A stretch of 64,000 nucleotides of DNA. It comes from Octopus sinensis (taxonomy: Eukaryota). The first letter of the stretch is position 1, and every line of letters starts with the position of its first letter. The stretch spans positions 7,440,001-7,504,000 of the forward strand of contig NC_043013.1 of assembly GCF_006345805.1 (NCBI RefSeq), read 5' to 3'. Shown piece by piece: positions 24,247-39,748 of this stretch. The notes under the pieces are model-generated. The model did no database searches and had not been told where the DNA came from. It saw only the letters and a list, made by a program, of their open reading frames with translations. A program made the translations under genes and the position numbers.

Positions 24247-25912
24247 AATAAAATAAGAGGCTTTCAATAGGGAAGCATTGTGCTTTCGTTTCTTGTGCTA
24301 GGCCACTGGTAATAATAATTTATTATTACCCTATTTTATTATATGCATATATCTATATATATAAAACTGTAGTTGTGTGAGTGTCTGTCCCCTTCGGTTT
24401 AGATTCCTAACTACTCCCACAAGAGGAAAAAATAACACACTTAGAAAGAAAAGAAAAACAACAGCAAACAGAAATAATAGGTAAGTAAATGGATCTTTTC
24501 GGTTTGAACGGCAGTTTTTTCTAGCGGTGTCATATGAAATTGTCACCCATAATTATAACCCTAGTATCGATCTATTGCATTTCAGTGTTTTAGGGTTAGG
24601 GTTATGGTTAGGATTAGGGTTTTGGGGGAAGGCTATTTTTTTTTCTTCAGAAATGGAAATAAACCCAATCTGTTTCTTAAACGAGGGACATATTCATATG
24701 GCACAGAATGTTTTCACCTAAATAGACGTCATTGACTGGTTGAAATTGCAGAAATTGAAGAAGAAAAAAACAACAAATATCTTACAAACTATGGAATTTT
24801 CTCAATAAAGCCAAGAGAAAAAGATGTTTTATGTAACACATTCTACCAGTATACGAAGTTTAAAAGTGTTTAGTTAGGTGGAAATTATTTTTTAAAAAAC
24901 TGCCGGTCAAACCGAAATGATCCAAGTAAATTTCATTGTCATCCTCTCGTCTTCATCATTATCGTCTTCATCATTGATGCTGTCGTGTTGTAGTTGTTGT
25001 CAGAGTCAGTTAAGGCCTAGGCGGCTATCTTTCGTTTTGCATCGGAAGAACGTGAAACATAAAGCGTTCGGTAATTTCCGTAAAAAAAATTTTATTTATT
25101 TCTTTTTGTAGGTGTTTAAAGTGCATTTCCTTTGATCTCACGATGATAACAGATACGTGTGTGTTGTATGTGTACATATGTGTGAAAGACATACAGAGAG
25201 AGAGAGAAAGGTGTGTTGAAGGAAAAGTAGAAAGCTGTTGACTATGTATAGTGTCCATCATCCCAAAGCTGATATTAACTGGTTGTACTTGAAGAGAGAC
25301 CAGAGTGGAAAAGGCTTAAATCCTTAAATCTATTATAGCCTCAGGCTGACAAAAGCCTTTTGAGTGGATTTTGTAGACAGAAATTGAAAGAAGCCTGTTG
25401 TGTATATATACTAGCAGTATCGCCCGGCGTTGCTCGGGTTTGTAAGGGAAATAACTATATAAGCATTTTTAGAGAGTTACTTCCTTTATAGATGCCAATC
25501 GGGCTTTCTTAGCCATTTCTGTTTTGGTGTCTTCAAGCCATGAAGTCGTTGTTCTAAAAGAACGCTGGTCTCCTTGACAACGCATTACGACGTTGATTTC
25601 CTTACACTCCCTTCCCCACAGCTTCACGAGGGAGCGAAGAAGGGGGAGAAGCAAACACAGGTGCAGCTGTGACCATGGACGCCAACTCCGCCGCCATCGA
25701 CACACGAAAAATTATGCATTAAAATGGAATAAAAAATGATATTAAATTATTTTTAAAATCGTTGACTCATCGTAGACGCGCACTAATAGCCAGACGGGCT
25801 CGATATTAATCACGACTATAAGATACCCGAATTTGGTTACACTGCACCGCAAAATGTGGGAGGAGTTAGGAATCTAAATCGTAGGAGACAGACACTCACA
25901 CAACTACAGTTT

Positions 25913-25955
<43 letters not shown>

Positions 25956-26931
25956 ATAAATAAAATAAGAGGCTTTCAATAGGGAAGCATTGTGCTTTCG
26001 TTTCTTGTGCTAGGCCACTGGTAATAATAATTTATTATTACCCTATTTTATTATATGCATATATCTATATATATAAAACTGTAGTTGTGTGAGTGTCTGT
26101 CCCCTTCGGTTTAGATTCCTAACTACTCCCACAAGAGGAAAAAATAACACACTTAGAAAGAAAAGAAAAACAACAGCAAACAGAAATAATAGGTAAGTAA
26201 ATGGATCTTTTCGGTTTGAACGGCAGTTTTTTCTAGCGGTGTCATATGAAATTGTCACCCATAATTATAACCCTAGTATCGATCTATTGCATTTCAGTGT
26301 TTTAGGGTTAGGGTTATGGTTAGGATTAGGGTTTTGGGGGAAGGGTATTTTTTTTTCTTCAGAAATGGAAATAAACCCAATCTGTTTCTTAAACGAGGGA
26401 TATATTCATATGGCACAGAATGTTTTCACCAAAATAGACGTCATTGATTGGTTGAAATTGCAGAAATTGAAGAAGAAAAAAAAAAACAAATATCTTACAA
26501 ACTATGGAATTTTCTCAATAAAGCCAAGAGAAAAAGATGTTTTATGTAACACATTCTACCAGTATACGAAGTTTAAAAGCGTTTAGTTAGGTGGAAATTA
26601 TTTTTTAAAAAACTGCCGGTCAAACCGAAAAGATCGAAGTAAATTTCATTGTCATCCTCTCGTCTTCATCATTATCGTCTTCATCATTGATGCTGTCGTT
26701 GTTGTAGTTGTTGTCAGAGTCAGTTAAGGCCTAGGCGGCTATCTTTCGTTTTGCATCGGAAGAACGTGAAACATAAAGCGTTCGGTAATTTCCGTAAAGA
26801 AATTTTATTTATTTCTTTTTGTAGGTGTTTAAAGTGCATTTCCTTTGATCTCACGATGATAACAGAGTGTATATGTCGTGAGTGTGAGACAAAAAGTGTG
26901 TGTTGTATGTGTACATATGTGTGAAAGACAT

Positions 26932-26983
<52 letters not shown>

Positions 26984-27696
26984 TGTGTTGAAGGAAAAGT
27001 AGAAAGCTGTTGACTATGTATAGTGTCCATCATCCCAAAGCTGATATTAACTGGTTGTACTTGAAGAGAGACCAGAGTGGAAAAGGCTTAAATCCTTAAA
27101 TCTATTATAGCCTCAGGCTGACCAAAGCCTTTTGAGTGGATTTTGTAGACAGAAATTGAAAGAAGCCTGTTGTGTATATATACTAGCAGTATCGCCCGGC
27201 GTTGCTCGGGTTTGTAAGGGAAATAACTATATAAGCATTTTTAGAGAGTTACTTCCTTTATAGATGCCAATTCGGGCTTTCTTAGCCATTTCTGTTTTGG
27301 TGTCTTCAAGCCATGAAGTCGTTGTTCTAAAAGAACGCTGGTCTCCTTGACAACGCATTACGACGTTGATTTCCTTACACTCCCTTCCCCACAGCTTCAC
27401 GAGGGAGCGAAGAAGGGGGAGAAGCAAACACAGGTGCAGGTGTGACCATGGACGCCAACTCCGCCGCCATCGACACACGAAAAATTATGCATTAAAATGG
27501 AATAAAAAATGATATTAAATTATTTTTAAAATCGTTGACTCATCTTAGACGCGCACTAATAGCCAGACGGGCTCGATATTAATCACGACTATAAGAAACC
27601 CGAATTTGGTTAAACTGCACCGCAAAATGTAGGAGGAGTTAGGAATCTAAATCGTAGGAGACACACACTCACACAACTACAGTTTTATATATATAG

Positions 27697-27736
<40 letters not shown>

Positions 27737-28714
27737 ATAAATAAAATAAGAGGCTTTCAATAGGGAAGCATTGTGCTTTCGTTTCTTGTGCTAGGCCACT
27801 GGTAATAATAATTTATTATTACCCTATTTTATTATATGCATATATCTATATATATAAAACTGTAGTTGTGTGAGTGTCTGTCCCCTTCGGTTTAGATTCA
27901 TAACTACTCCCACAAGAGGAAAAAATAACACACTTAGAAAGAAAAGAAAAACAACAGCAAACAGAAATAATAGGTAAGTAAATGGATCTTTTCGGTTTGA
28001 ACGGCAGTTTTTTCTAGCGGTGTCATATGAAATTGTCACCCATAATTATAACCCTAGTATCGATCTATTGCATTTCAGTGTTTTAGGGTTAGGGTTATGG
28101 TTAGGATTAGGGTTTTGGGGGAAGGGTATTTTTTTTTCTTCAGAAATGGAAATAAACCCAATCTGTTTCTTAAACGAGGGATATATTCATATGGCACAGA
28201 ATGTTTTCACCTAAATAGACGTCATTGATTGGTTGAAATTGCAGAAATTGAAGAAGAAAAAAACAACAAATATCTTACAAACTATGGAATTTTCTCAATA
28301 AAGCCAAGAGAAAAAGATGTTTTATGTAACACATTCTACCAGTATACGAAGTTTAAAAGCGTTTAGTTAGGTGGAAATTATTTTTTAAAAAACTGCCGGT
28401 CAAACCGAAAAGATCCAAGTAAATTTCATTGTCATCCTCTCGACTTCATCATTATCGTCTTCATCATTGATGCTGTCGTTGTTGTAGTTGTTGTCAGAGT
28501 CAGTTAAGGCCTAGGCGGCTATCTTTCGTTTTGCATCGGAAGAACGTGAAACATAAAGCGTTCGGTAATTTCCGTAAAAAAAATTTTATTTATTTCTTTT
28601 TGTAGGTGTTTAAAGTGCATTTCCTTTGATCTCACGATGATAACAGAGTGTATATGTCGTGAGTGTGAGACAAAAAGTGTGTGTTGTATGTGTACATATG
28701 TGTGAAAGACATAC

Positions 28715-28756
<42 letters not shown>

Positions 28757-29469
28757 GTGTTGAAGGAAAAGTAGAAAGCTGTTGACTATGTATAGTGTCC
28801 ATCATCCCAAAGCTGATATTAACTGGTTGTACTTGAAGAGAGACCAGAGTGGAAGAGGCTTAAATCCTTAAATCTATTATAGCCTCAGGCTGACCAAAGC
28901 CTTTTGAGTGGATTTTGTAGACAGAAATTGAAAGAAGCCTGTTGTGTATATATACTAGCAGTATCGCCCGGCGTTGCTCGGGTTTGTAAGGGAAATAACT
29001 ATATAAGCATTTTTAGAGAGTTACTTCCTTTATAGATGCCAATTCGGGCTTTCTTAGCCATTTCTGTTTTGGTGTCTTCAAGCCATGAAGTCGTTGTTCT
29101 AAAAGAACGCTGGTCTCCTTGACAACGCATTACGACGTTGATTTCCTTACACTCCCTTCCCCACAGCTTCACGAGGGAGCGAAGAAGGGGGAGAAGCAAA
29201 CACAGGTGCAGGTGTGACCATGGACGCCAACTCCGCCGCCATCGACACACGAAAAATTATGCATTAAAATGGAATAAAAAATGATATTAAATTATTTTTT
29301 AAAATCGTTGACTCATCTTAGACGCGCACTAATAGCCAGACGGGCTCGATATTAATCACGACTATAAGAAACCCGAATTTGGTTAAACTGCACCGCAAAA
29401 TGTAGGAGGAGTTAGGAATCTAAATCGTAGGAGACACACACTCACACAACTACAGTTTTATATATATAG

Positions 29470-29507
<38 letters not shown>

Positions 29508-30487
29508 ATAAATAAAATAAGAGGCTTTCAATAGGGAAGCATTGTGCTTTCGTTTCTTGTGCTAGGCCACTGGTAATAATAATTTATTATTACCCTATTT
29601 TATTATATGCATATATCTATATATATAAAACTGTAGTTGTGTGAGTGTCTGTCCCCTTCGGTTTAGATTCATAACTACTCCCACAAGAGGAAAAAATAAC
29701 ACACTTAGAAAGAAAAGAAAAACAACAGCAAACAGAAATAATAGGTAAGTAAATGGATCTTTTCGGTTTGAACGGCAGTTTTTTCTAGCGGTGTCATATG
29801 AAATTGTCACCCATAATTATAACCCTAGTATCGATCTATTGCATTTCAGTGTTTTAGGGTTAGGGTTATGGTTAGGATTAGGGTTTTGGGGGAAGGGTAT
29901 TTTTTTTTCTTCAGAAATGGAAATAAACCCAATCTGTTTCTTAAACGAGGGACATATTCATATGGCACAGAATATTTTCACCTAAATAGACGTCATTGAT
30001 TGGTTGAAATTGCAGAAATTGAAGAAGAAAAAAACAACAAATATCTTACAAACTATGGAATTTTCTCAATAAAGCCAAGAGAAAAAGGTGTTTTATGTAA
30101 CACATTCTACCAGTATACGAAGTTTAAAAGCGTTTAGTTAGGTGGAAATTATTTTTTAAAAAACTGCCGGTCAAACCGAAAAGATCCAAGTAAATTTCAT
30201 TGTCATCCTCTCGACTTCATCATTATCGTCTTCATCATTGATGCTGTCGTTGTTGTAGTTGTTGTCAGAGTCAGTTAAGGCCTAGGCGGCTATCTTTCGT
30301 TTTGCATCGGAAGAACGTGTGAAACATAAAGCGTTCGGTAATTTCCGTAAAAAAAATTTTATTTATTTCTTTTTGTAGGTGTTTAAAGTGCATTTCCTTT
30401 GATCTCACGATGATAACAGAGTGTATATGTCGTGAGTGTGAGACAAAAAGTGTGTGTTGTATGTGTACATATGTGTGAAAGACATAC

Positions 30488-30527
<40 letters not shown>

Positions 30528-31238
30528 GTGTTGAAGGAAAAGTAGAAAGCTGTTGACTATGTATAGTGTCCATCATCCCAAAGCTGATATTAACTGGTTG
30601 TACTTGAAGAGAGACCAGAGTGGAAAAGGCTTAAATCCTTAAATCTATTATAGCCTCAGGCTGACCAAAGCCTTTTGAGTGGATTTTGTAGACAGAAATT
30701 GAAAGAAGCCTGTTGTGTATATATACTAGCAGTATCGCCCGGCGTTGCTCGGGTTTGTAAGGGAAATAACTATATAAGCATTTTTAGAGAGTTACTTCCT
30801 TTATAGATGCCAATTCGGGCTTTCTTAGCCATTTCTGTTTTGGTGTCTTCAAGCCATGAAGTCGTTGTTCTAAAAGAACGCTGGTCTCCTTGACAACGCA
30901 TTACGACGTTGATTTCCTTACACTCCCTTCCCCACAGCTTCACGAGGGAGCGAAGAAGGGGGAGAAGCAAACACAGGTGCAGCTGTGACCATGGACGCCA
31001 ACTCCGCCGCCATCGACACACGAAAAATTATGCATTAAAATGGAATAAAAAATGATATTAAATTATTTTTAAAATCGTTGACTCATCTTAGACGCGCACT
31101 AATAGCCAGACGGGCTCGATATTAATCACGACTATAAGAAACCGAATTTGGTTAAACTGCACCGCAAAATGTAGGAGGAGTTAGGAATCTAAATCGTAGG
31201 AGACACACACTCACACAACTACAGTTTTATATATATAG

Positions 31239-31272
<34 letters not shown>

Positions 31273-32246
31273 ATAAATAAAATAAGAGGCTTTCAATAGG
31301 GAAGCATTGTGCTTTCGTTTCTTGTGCTAGGCCACTGGTAATAATAATTTATTATTACCCTATTTTATTATATGCATATATCTATATATATAAAACTGTA
31401 GTTGTGTGAGTGTCTGTCCCCTTCGGTTTAGATTCATAACTACTCCCACAAGAGGAAAAAATAACACACTTAGAAAGAAAAGAAAAACAACAGCAAACAG
31501 AAATAATAGGTAAGTAAATGGATCTTTTCGGTTTGAACGGCAGTTTTTTCTAGCGGTGTCATATGAAATTGTCACCCATAATTATAACCCTAGTATCGAT
31601 CTATTGCATTTCAGTGTTTTAGGGTTAGGGTTATGGTTAGGATTAGGGTTTTGGGGGAAGGGTATTTTTTTTCTTCAGAAATGGAAATAAACCCAATCTG
31701 TTTCTTAAACGAGGGATATATTCATATGGCACAGAATGTTTTCACCAAAATAGACGTCATTGATTGGTTGAAATTGCAGAAATTGAAGAAGAAAAAAAAC
31801 AACAAATATCTTACAAACTATGGAATTTTCTCAATAAAGCCAAGAGAAAAAGATGTTTTATGTAACACATTCTACCAGTATACGAAGTTTAAAAGCGTTT
31901 AGTTAGGTGGAAATTATTTTTTAAAAAACTGCCGGTCAAACCGAAAAGATCCAAGTAAATTTCATTGTCATCCTCTCGACTTCATCATTATCGTCTTCAT
32001 CATTGATGCTGTCGTTGTTGTAGTTGTTGTCAGAGTCAGTTAAGGCCTAGGCGGCTATCTTTCGTTTTGCATCGGAAGAACGTGAAACATAAAGCGTTCG
32101 GTAATTTCCGTAAAAAAAATTTTATTTATTTCTTTTTGTAGGTGTTTAAAGTGCATTTCCTTTGATCTCACGATGATAACAGAGTGTATATGTCGTGAGT
32201 GTGAGACAAAAAGTGTGTGTTGTATGTGTACATATGTGTGAAAGAC

Positions 32247-32298
<52 letters not shown>

Positions 32299-33008
32299 GT
32301 TGAAGGAAAAGTAGAAAGCTGTTGACTATGTATAGTGTCCATCATCCCAAAGCTGATATTAACTGGTTGTACTTGAAGAGAGACCAGAGTGGAAGAGGCT
32401 TAAATCCTTAAATCTATTATAGCCTCAGGCTGACCAAAGCCTTTTGAGTGGATTTTGTAGACAGAAATTGAAAGAAGCCTGTTGTGTATATATACTAGCA
32501 GTATCGCCCGGCGTTGCTCGGGTTTGTAAGGGAAATAACTATATAAGCATTTTTAGAGAGTTACTTCCTTTATAGATGCCAATTCGGGCTTTCTTAGCCA
32601 TTTCTGTTTTGGTGTCTTCAAGCCATGAAGTCGTTGTTCTAAAAGAACGCTGGTCTCCTTGACAACGCATTACGACGTTGATTTCCTTACACTCCCTTCC
32701 CCACAGCTTCACGAGGGAGCGAAGAAGGGGGAGAAGCAAACACAGGTGCAGGTGTGACCATGGACGCCAACTCCGCCGCCATCGACACACGAAAAATTAT
32801 GCATTAAAATGGAATAAAAAATGATATTAAATTATTTTTAAAATCGTTGACTCATCTTAGACGCGCACTAATAGCCAGACGGGCTCGATATTAATCACGA
32901 CTATAAGAAACCCGAATTTGGTTAAACTGCACCGCAAAATGTAGGAGGAGTTAGGAATCTAAATCGTAGGAGACACACACTCACACAACTACAGTTTTAT
33001 ATATATAG

Positions 33009-33044
<36 letters not shown>

Positions 33045-34190
33045 ATAAATAAAATAAGAGGCTTTCAATAGGGAAGCATTGTGCTTTCGTTTCTTGTGCT
33101 AGGCCACTGGTAATAATAATTTATTATTACCCTATTTTATTATATGCATATATCTATATATATAAAACTGTAGTTGTGTGAGTGTCTGTCCCCTTCGGTT
33201 TAGATTCATAACTACTCCCACAAGAGGAAAAAATAACACACTTAGAAAGAAAAGAAAAACAACAGCAAACAGAAATAATAGGTAAGTAAATGGATCTTTT
33301 CGGTTTGAACGGCAGTTTTTTCTAGCGGTGTCATATGAAATTGTCACCCATAATTATAACCCTAGTATCGATCTATTGCATTTCAGTGTTTTAGGGTTAG
33401 GGTTATGGTTAGGATTAGGGTTTTGGGGGAAGGGTATTTTTTTTTCTTCAGAAATGGAAATAAACCCAATCTGTTTCTTAAACGAGGGACATATTCATAT
33501 GGCACAGAATGTTTTCACCTAAATAGACGTCATTGATTGGTTGAAATTGCAGAAATTGAAGAAGAAAAAAACAACAAATATCTTACAAACTATGGAATTT
33601 TCTCAATAAAGCCAAGAGAAAAAGATGTTTTATGTAACACATTCTACCAGTATACGAAGTTTAAAAGTGTTTAGTTAGGTGGAAATTATTTTAAAAAAAA
33701 CTGCCGGTCAAACCGAAAAGATCCAAGTAAATTTCATTGTCATCCTCTCGTCTTCATCATTATCGTCTTCATCATTATCGTCTTCATCATTATCGTCTTC
33801 ATCATTGATGCTGTCGTTGTTGTAGTTGTTGTCAGAGTCAGTTAAGGCCTAGGCGGCTATCTTTCGTTTTGCATCGGAAGAACGTGAAACATAAAGCGTT
33901 CGGTAATTTCCGTAAAAAAAATTTTATTTATTTCTTTTTGTAGGTGTTTAAAGTGCATTTCCTTTGATCTCACGATGATAACAGAGTGTATATGTCGTGA
34001 GTGTGAGACAGAAAGTGTGTGTTGTATGTGTACATATGTGTGAAAGACATACAGAGAGAGAGAGAGAGGAGAGAGGAGAAGAGAGAGAGAGAGAGGTTGT
34101 TTGCTGTGTGTGTGTGAGGGAGGAAGTAGCAGCACATTTTTTTTACTTATTTTTTTCTCACACCTTTTTTGGGGTGTGTGAGTGATTGAC

Positions 34191-34243
<53 letters not shown>

Positions 34244-35968
34244 AGAAAGGTGTGTTGAAGGAAAAGTAGAAAGCTGTTTGACATGTATAGTGTCCATCAT
34301 CCCAAAGCTGATATTAACTGGTTGTACTTGAAGAGAGACCAGAGTGGAAAAGGCTTAATCCTTAAATCTATTATAGCCTCAGGCTGACCAAAGCCTTTTG
34401 AGTGGATTTTGTAGAAATAAATTGAAAGAAGCCTGTTGTGTATATATACTAGCAGTATCGCCCGGCGTTGCTCGGGTTTGTAAGGGAAAAACTATATAAG
34501 CATTTTTAGAGAGTTACTTCCTTTATAGATGCCAATTCGGGCTTTCTTAGCCATTTCTGTTTTGGTGTCTTCAAGCCGTGAAGTCGTTGTTCTAAAAGAA
34601 CGCTGGTCTCCTTGACAACGCATTACGACTTGATTTCCTTACACTCCCTCCCCACAGCTTCACGAGGGAGCGAAGAAGGGGGAGAAGCAAACACAGGTGC
34701 AGCTGTGACCATGGACGCCAACTCCGCCGCCATCGACACACGAAAAATTATGCATTAAAATGGAATAAAAAATGATATTAAATCATTTTTAAAATCGTTG
34801 ACTCATCGTAGACGCGCACTAATAGCCAGACGGGCTCGATATTAATCACGACTATAAGAAACCCGAATTGGTTAAACTGCACCGCAAAATGTAGGAGGAG
34901 TTAGGAATCTAAATCGTAGGAGACACACACTCACACAACTACAGTTTTATATATATAGATATATATATATGTGTGTGGTGTGTGTGTGTGTGTGTATAAA
35001 TAAAATAAGAGGCTTTCAATAGGGAAGCATTGTGCTTTCGTTTCTTGTGCTAGGCCACTGGTAATAATAATTTATTATTACCCTATTTTATTATATGCAT
35101 ATATCTATATATAAAACTGTAGTTGTGTGAGTGTCTGTCCCCTTCGGTTTAGATTCCTAACTACTCCCACAAGAGGAAAAAATAACACACTTAGAAAGAA
35201 AAGAAAAACAACAGCAAACAGAAATAATAGGTAAGTAAATGGATCTTTTCGGTTTGAACGGCAGTTTTTTCTAGCGGTGTCATATGAAATTGTCACCCAT
35301 AATTATAAACCTAGTATCGATCTATTGCATTTCAGTGTTTTAGGGTTAGGGTTATGGTTAGGATTAGGGTTTTGGGGGAAGGGGGTATTTTTTTTCTTCA
35401 GAATGGAAATAAACCCAATGTTTCTTAAACGAGGGACATATTCATATGGCACAGAATTTTTCACCTAAATAGACGTCATTGATTGGTTGAAATTGCAGAA
35501 ATTGAAGAAGAAAAAAACAACATATCTTACAAACTATGGAATTTTCTCAATAAAGCCAAGAGAAAAAGATGTTTTATGTAACACATTCTACCAGTATACG
35601 AAGTTTAAAAGCGTTTAGTTAGGTGGAAATTATTTTTTAAAAAACTGCCGGTCAAACCGAAAAGATCCAAGTAAATTTCATTGTCATCCTCTCGACTTCA
35701 TCATTATCGTCTTCATCATTGATGCTGTCGTTGTTGTAGTTGTTGTCAGAGTCAGTTAAGGCCTAGGCGGCTATCTTTCGTTTTGCATCGGAAGAACGTG
35801 AAACATAAAGCGTTCGGTAATTTCCGTAAAAAAATTTTATTTATTTCTTTTTGTAGGTGTGTTTAAAGTGCATTCCTTTGATCTCACGATGATAACAGAG
35901 TGTATATGTCGTGAGTGTGAGACAAAAAGTGTGTGTGTTGTATGTGTACATATGTGTGAAAGACATAC

Positions 35969-36003
<35 letters not shown>

Positions 36004-36721
36004 AGAGGTTGTTGAAGGAAAAGTAGAAAGCTGTTGACTATGTATAGTGTCCATCATCCCAAAGCTGATATTAACTGGTTGTACTTGAAGAGAGACCAGA
36101 GTGGAAGAGGCTTAAATCCTTAAATCTATTATAGCCTCAGGCTGACCAAAGCCTTTTGAGTGGATTTTGTAGACAGACAGAATTGAAAGAAGCCTGTTGT
36201 GTATATATACTAGCAGTATCGCCCGGCGTTGCTCGGGTTTGTAAGGGAAATAACTATATAAGCATTTTTAGAGAGTTACTTCCTTTATAGATGCCAATTC
36301 GGGCTTTCTTAGCCATTTCTGTTTGGTGTCTTCAAGCCATGAAGTCGTTGTTCTAAAAGAACGCTGGTCTCCTTGACAACGCATTACGACGTTGATTTCC
36401 TTACACTCCCTTCCCCACAGCTTCACGAGGGAGCGAAGAGGGGGAGAAGCAAACACAGGTGCAGGTGTGACCATGGACGCCAACTCCGCCGCCATCGACA
36501 CACGAAAAATTATGCATTAAAATGGAATAAAAAATGATATTAAATTATTTTTAAAATCGTTGACTCATCTTAGACGCGCACTAATAGCCAGACGGGCTCG
36601 ATTTTAATCATGACTATAAGATACCCGAATTTGGTTAAACTGCACCGCAAAATGTGGGATGAGTTAGGAATCTAAATCGTAGGAGACAGACACTCACACA
36701 ACTACAGTTTTATATATATAG

Positions 36722-36759
<38 letters not shown>

Positions 36760-37735
36760 ATAAATAAAATAAGAGGCTTTCAATAGGGAAGCATTGTGCT
36801 TTCGTTTCTTGTGCTAGGCCACTGGTAATAATAATTTATTATTACCCTATTTTATTATATGCATATATCTATATATATAAAACTGTGTTGTGTGAGTGTC
36901 TGTCCCCTTCGGTTTAGATTCATAACTACTCCCACAAGAGGAAAAAATAACACACTTAGAAAGAAAAGAAAAACAACAGCAAACAGAAATAATAGGTAAG
37001 TAAATGGATCTTTTCGGTTTGAACGGCAGTTTTTTCTAGCGGTGTCATATGAAATTGTCACCCATAATTATAACCCTAGTATCGATCTATTGCATTTCAG
37101 TGTTTTAGGGTTAGGGTTATGGTTAGGATTAGGGTTTTGGGGGAAGGGTTTTTTTTTTCTTCAGAAATGGAAATAAACCCAATCTGTTTCTTAAACGAGG
37201 GACATATTCATATGGCACAGAATTTTTCACCTAAATAGACGTCATTGATTGGTTGAAATTGCAGAAATTGAAGAAGAAAAAAACAACAAATATCTTACAA
37301 ACTATGGAATTTTCTCAATAAAGCCAAGAGAAAAAGGATGTTTTATGTAACACATTCTACCAGTATACGAAGTTTAAAAGCGTTTAGTTAGGTGGAAATT
37401 ATTTTTTAAAAAACTGCCGGTCAAACCGAAAAGATCCAAGTAAATTTCATTGTCATCCTCTCGACTTCATCATTATCGTCTTCATCATTGATGCTGTCGT
37501 TGTTGTAGTTGTTGTCAGAGTCAGTTAAGGCCTAGGCGGCTATCTTTCGTTTTGCATCGGAAGAACGTGAAACATAAAGCGTTCGGTAATTTCCGTAAAA
37601 AAAATTTTATTTATTTCTTTTTGTAGGTGTTTAAAGTGCATTTCCTTTGATCTCACGATGATAACAGAGTGTATATGTCGTGAGTGTGAGACAAAAAGTG
37701 TGTGTTGTATGTGTACATATGTGTGAAAGACATAC

Positions 37736-37771
<36 letters not shown>

Positions 37772-38480
37772 GTGTTGAAGGAAAAGTAGAAAGCTGTTGA
37801 CTATGTATAGTGTCCATCATCCCAAAGCTGATATTAACTGGTTGTACTTGAAGAGAGACCAGAGTGGAAGAGGCTTAAATCCTTAAATCTATTATAGCCT
37901 CAGGCTGACCAAAGCCTTTTGAGTGGATTTTGTAGACAGAAATTGAAAGAAGCCTGTTGTGTATATATACTAGCAGTATCGCCCGGCGTTGCTCGGGTTT
38001 GTAAGGGAAATAACTATATAAGCATTTTTAGAGAGTTACTTCCTTTATAGATGCCAATTCGGGCTTTCTTAGCCATTTCTGTTTTGGTGTCTTCAAGCCA
38101 TGAAGTCGTTGTTCTAAAAGAAAACCTGGTCTCCTTGACAACGCATTACGACGTTGATTTCCTTACACTCCCTTCCCCACAGCTTCACGAGGGAGCGAAG
38201 AAGGGGGAGAAGCAAACACAGGGTGCAGCTGTGACCATGGACGCCAACTCCGCCGCCATCGACACACGAAAATTATGCATTAAAATGGAATAAAAAATGA
38301 TATTAATATTTTAAAATCGTTGACTCATCTTAGACGCGCACTAATAGCCAGACGGGCTCGATATTAATCACGACTATAAGAAACCGAATTTGGTTAAACT
38401 GCACCGCAAAATGTAGGAGGAGTTAGGAATCTAAATCGTAGGAGACACACACTCACACAACTACAGTTTTATATATATAG

Positions 38481-38516
<36 letters not shown>

Positions 38517-39701
38517 ATAAATAAAATAAGAGGCTTTCAATAGGGAAGCATTGTGCTTTCGTTTCTTGTGCTAGGCCACTGGTAATAATAATTTATTATT
38601 ACCCTATTTTATTATATGCATATATCTATATATATAAAACTGTAGTTGTGTGAGTGTCTGTCCCCTTCGGTTTAGATTCATAACTACTCCCACAAGAGGA
38701 AAAAATAACACACTTAGAAAGAAAAGAAAAAAAAACAGCAAACAGAAATAATAGGTAAGTAAATGGCTTTTCGGTTTGAACGGCAGTTTTTTCTAGCGGT
38801 GTCATATGAAATTGTCACCCATAATTTAAACCCTAGTATCGATCTATTGCATTTCAGTGTTTTAGGTTAGGGTTATGGTTAGGGTTAGGGTTTTGGGGGA
38901 AGGGTATTTTTTTTTCTTCAGAAATGGAAATAAACCCAATCTGTTTCTTAAACGAGGGACATATTCAATATGACACAGAATGTTTCACCTAAATAAGACG
39001 TCATTGATTGGTTGAAATTGCAGAAAGAAATTGAAGAAGAAAAAACCAACAAATATCTTACAAACTATGGAAATTTCTCAATAAGGCCAAGAGAAAAATG
39101 TGTTTTATGTAACACATTCTACCAGTATACGAAGTTTAAAAGCGTTTAGTTAGGTGGAAATTATTTTTAAAAAACTGCCGGTCAAACCGAAAAGATCCAA
39201 GTAATTTCATTGTCATCCTCTCGTCTTCATCATTATCGTCTTATCATTGATGCTGTCGTTGTTGTAGTTGTTGTCAGAGTCAGTTAAGGCCTAGGCGGCT
39301 ATCTTTCGTTTTGCATCGGAAGAAGAACGTGAAACATAAAGCGTTCGGTAGTTTCCGTAAAAAAAATTTTATTTATTTCTTTTTGTAGGTGTTTAAAGTG
39401 CATTCCTTTGATCTCACGATGATACAGGTGTAACGTGATGAGACAAGAGTGTAATATGTGTCGTGGGAGTAGAGAGAGTGAGACGAGAGAGACAGAGAGA
39501 GAGGGGTGTGTGTTGTGCTGTGGTGTGTGATGTGAAAGAGATGAGAGAGAGAGACAGAGAGTAGAGAGAGAGTAGGAGAGAGAGAGGTTGTGTTGCTGTG
39601 AGGGAGAGAGAGTGAGGAAGAGGAGAAGTGAAGAAATTTTCTTTTAGAGAGAAGAGAGATTTTTTCTCATCACACTTTTTTGGGGTGTGTGAGTGATTGA
39701 C

Positions 39702-39748
<47 letters not shown>

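Noticed and set aside
23728-37061. Repeated 64-83 aa ORFs (MCRWRRSW..., MTISYDTA..., MSYEIVTH...) as a tandem gene cluster
   Set aside because: They lie within or across Helitron and MITE sequence, are frameshifted among units and show no recognisable domain.
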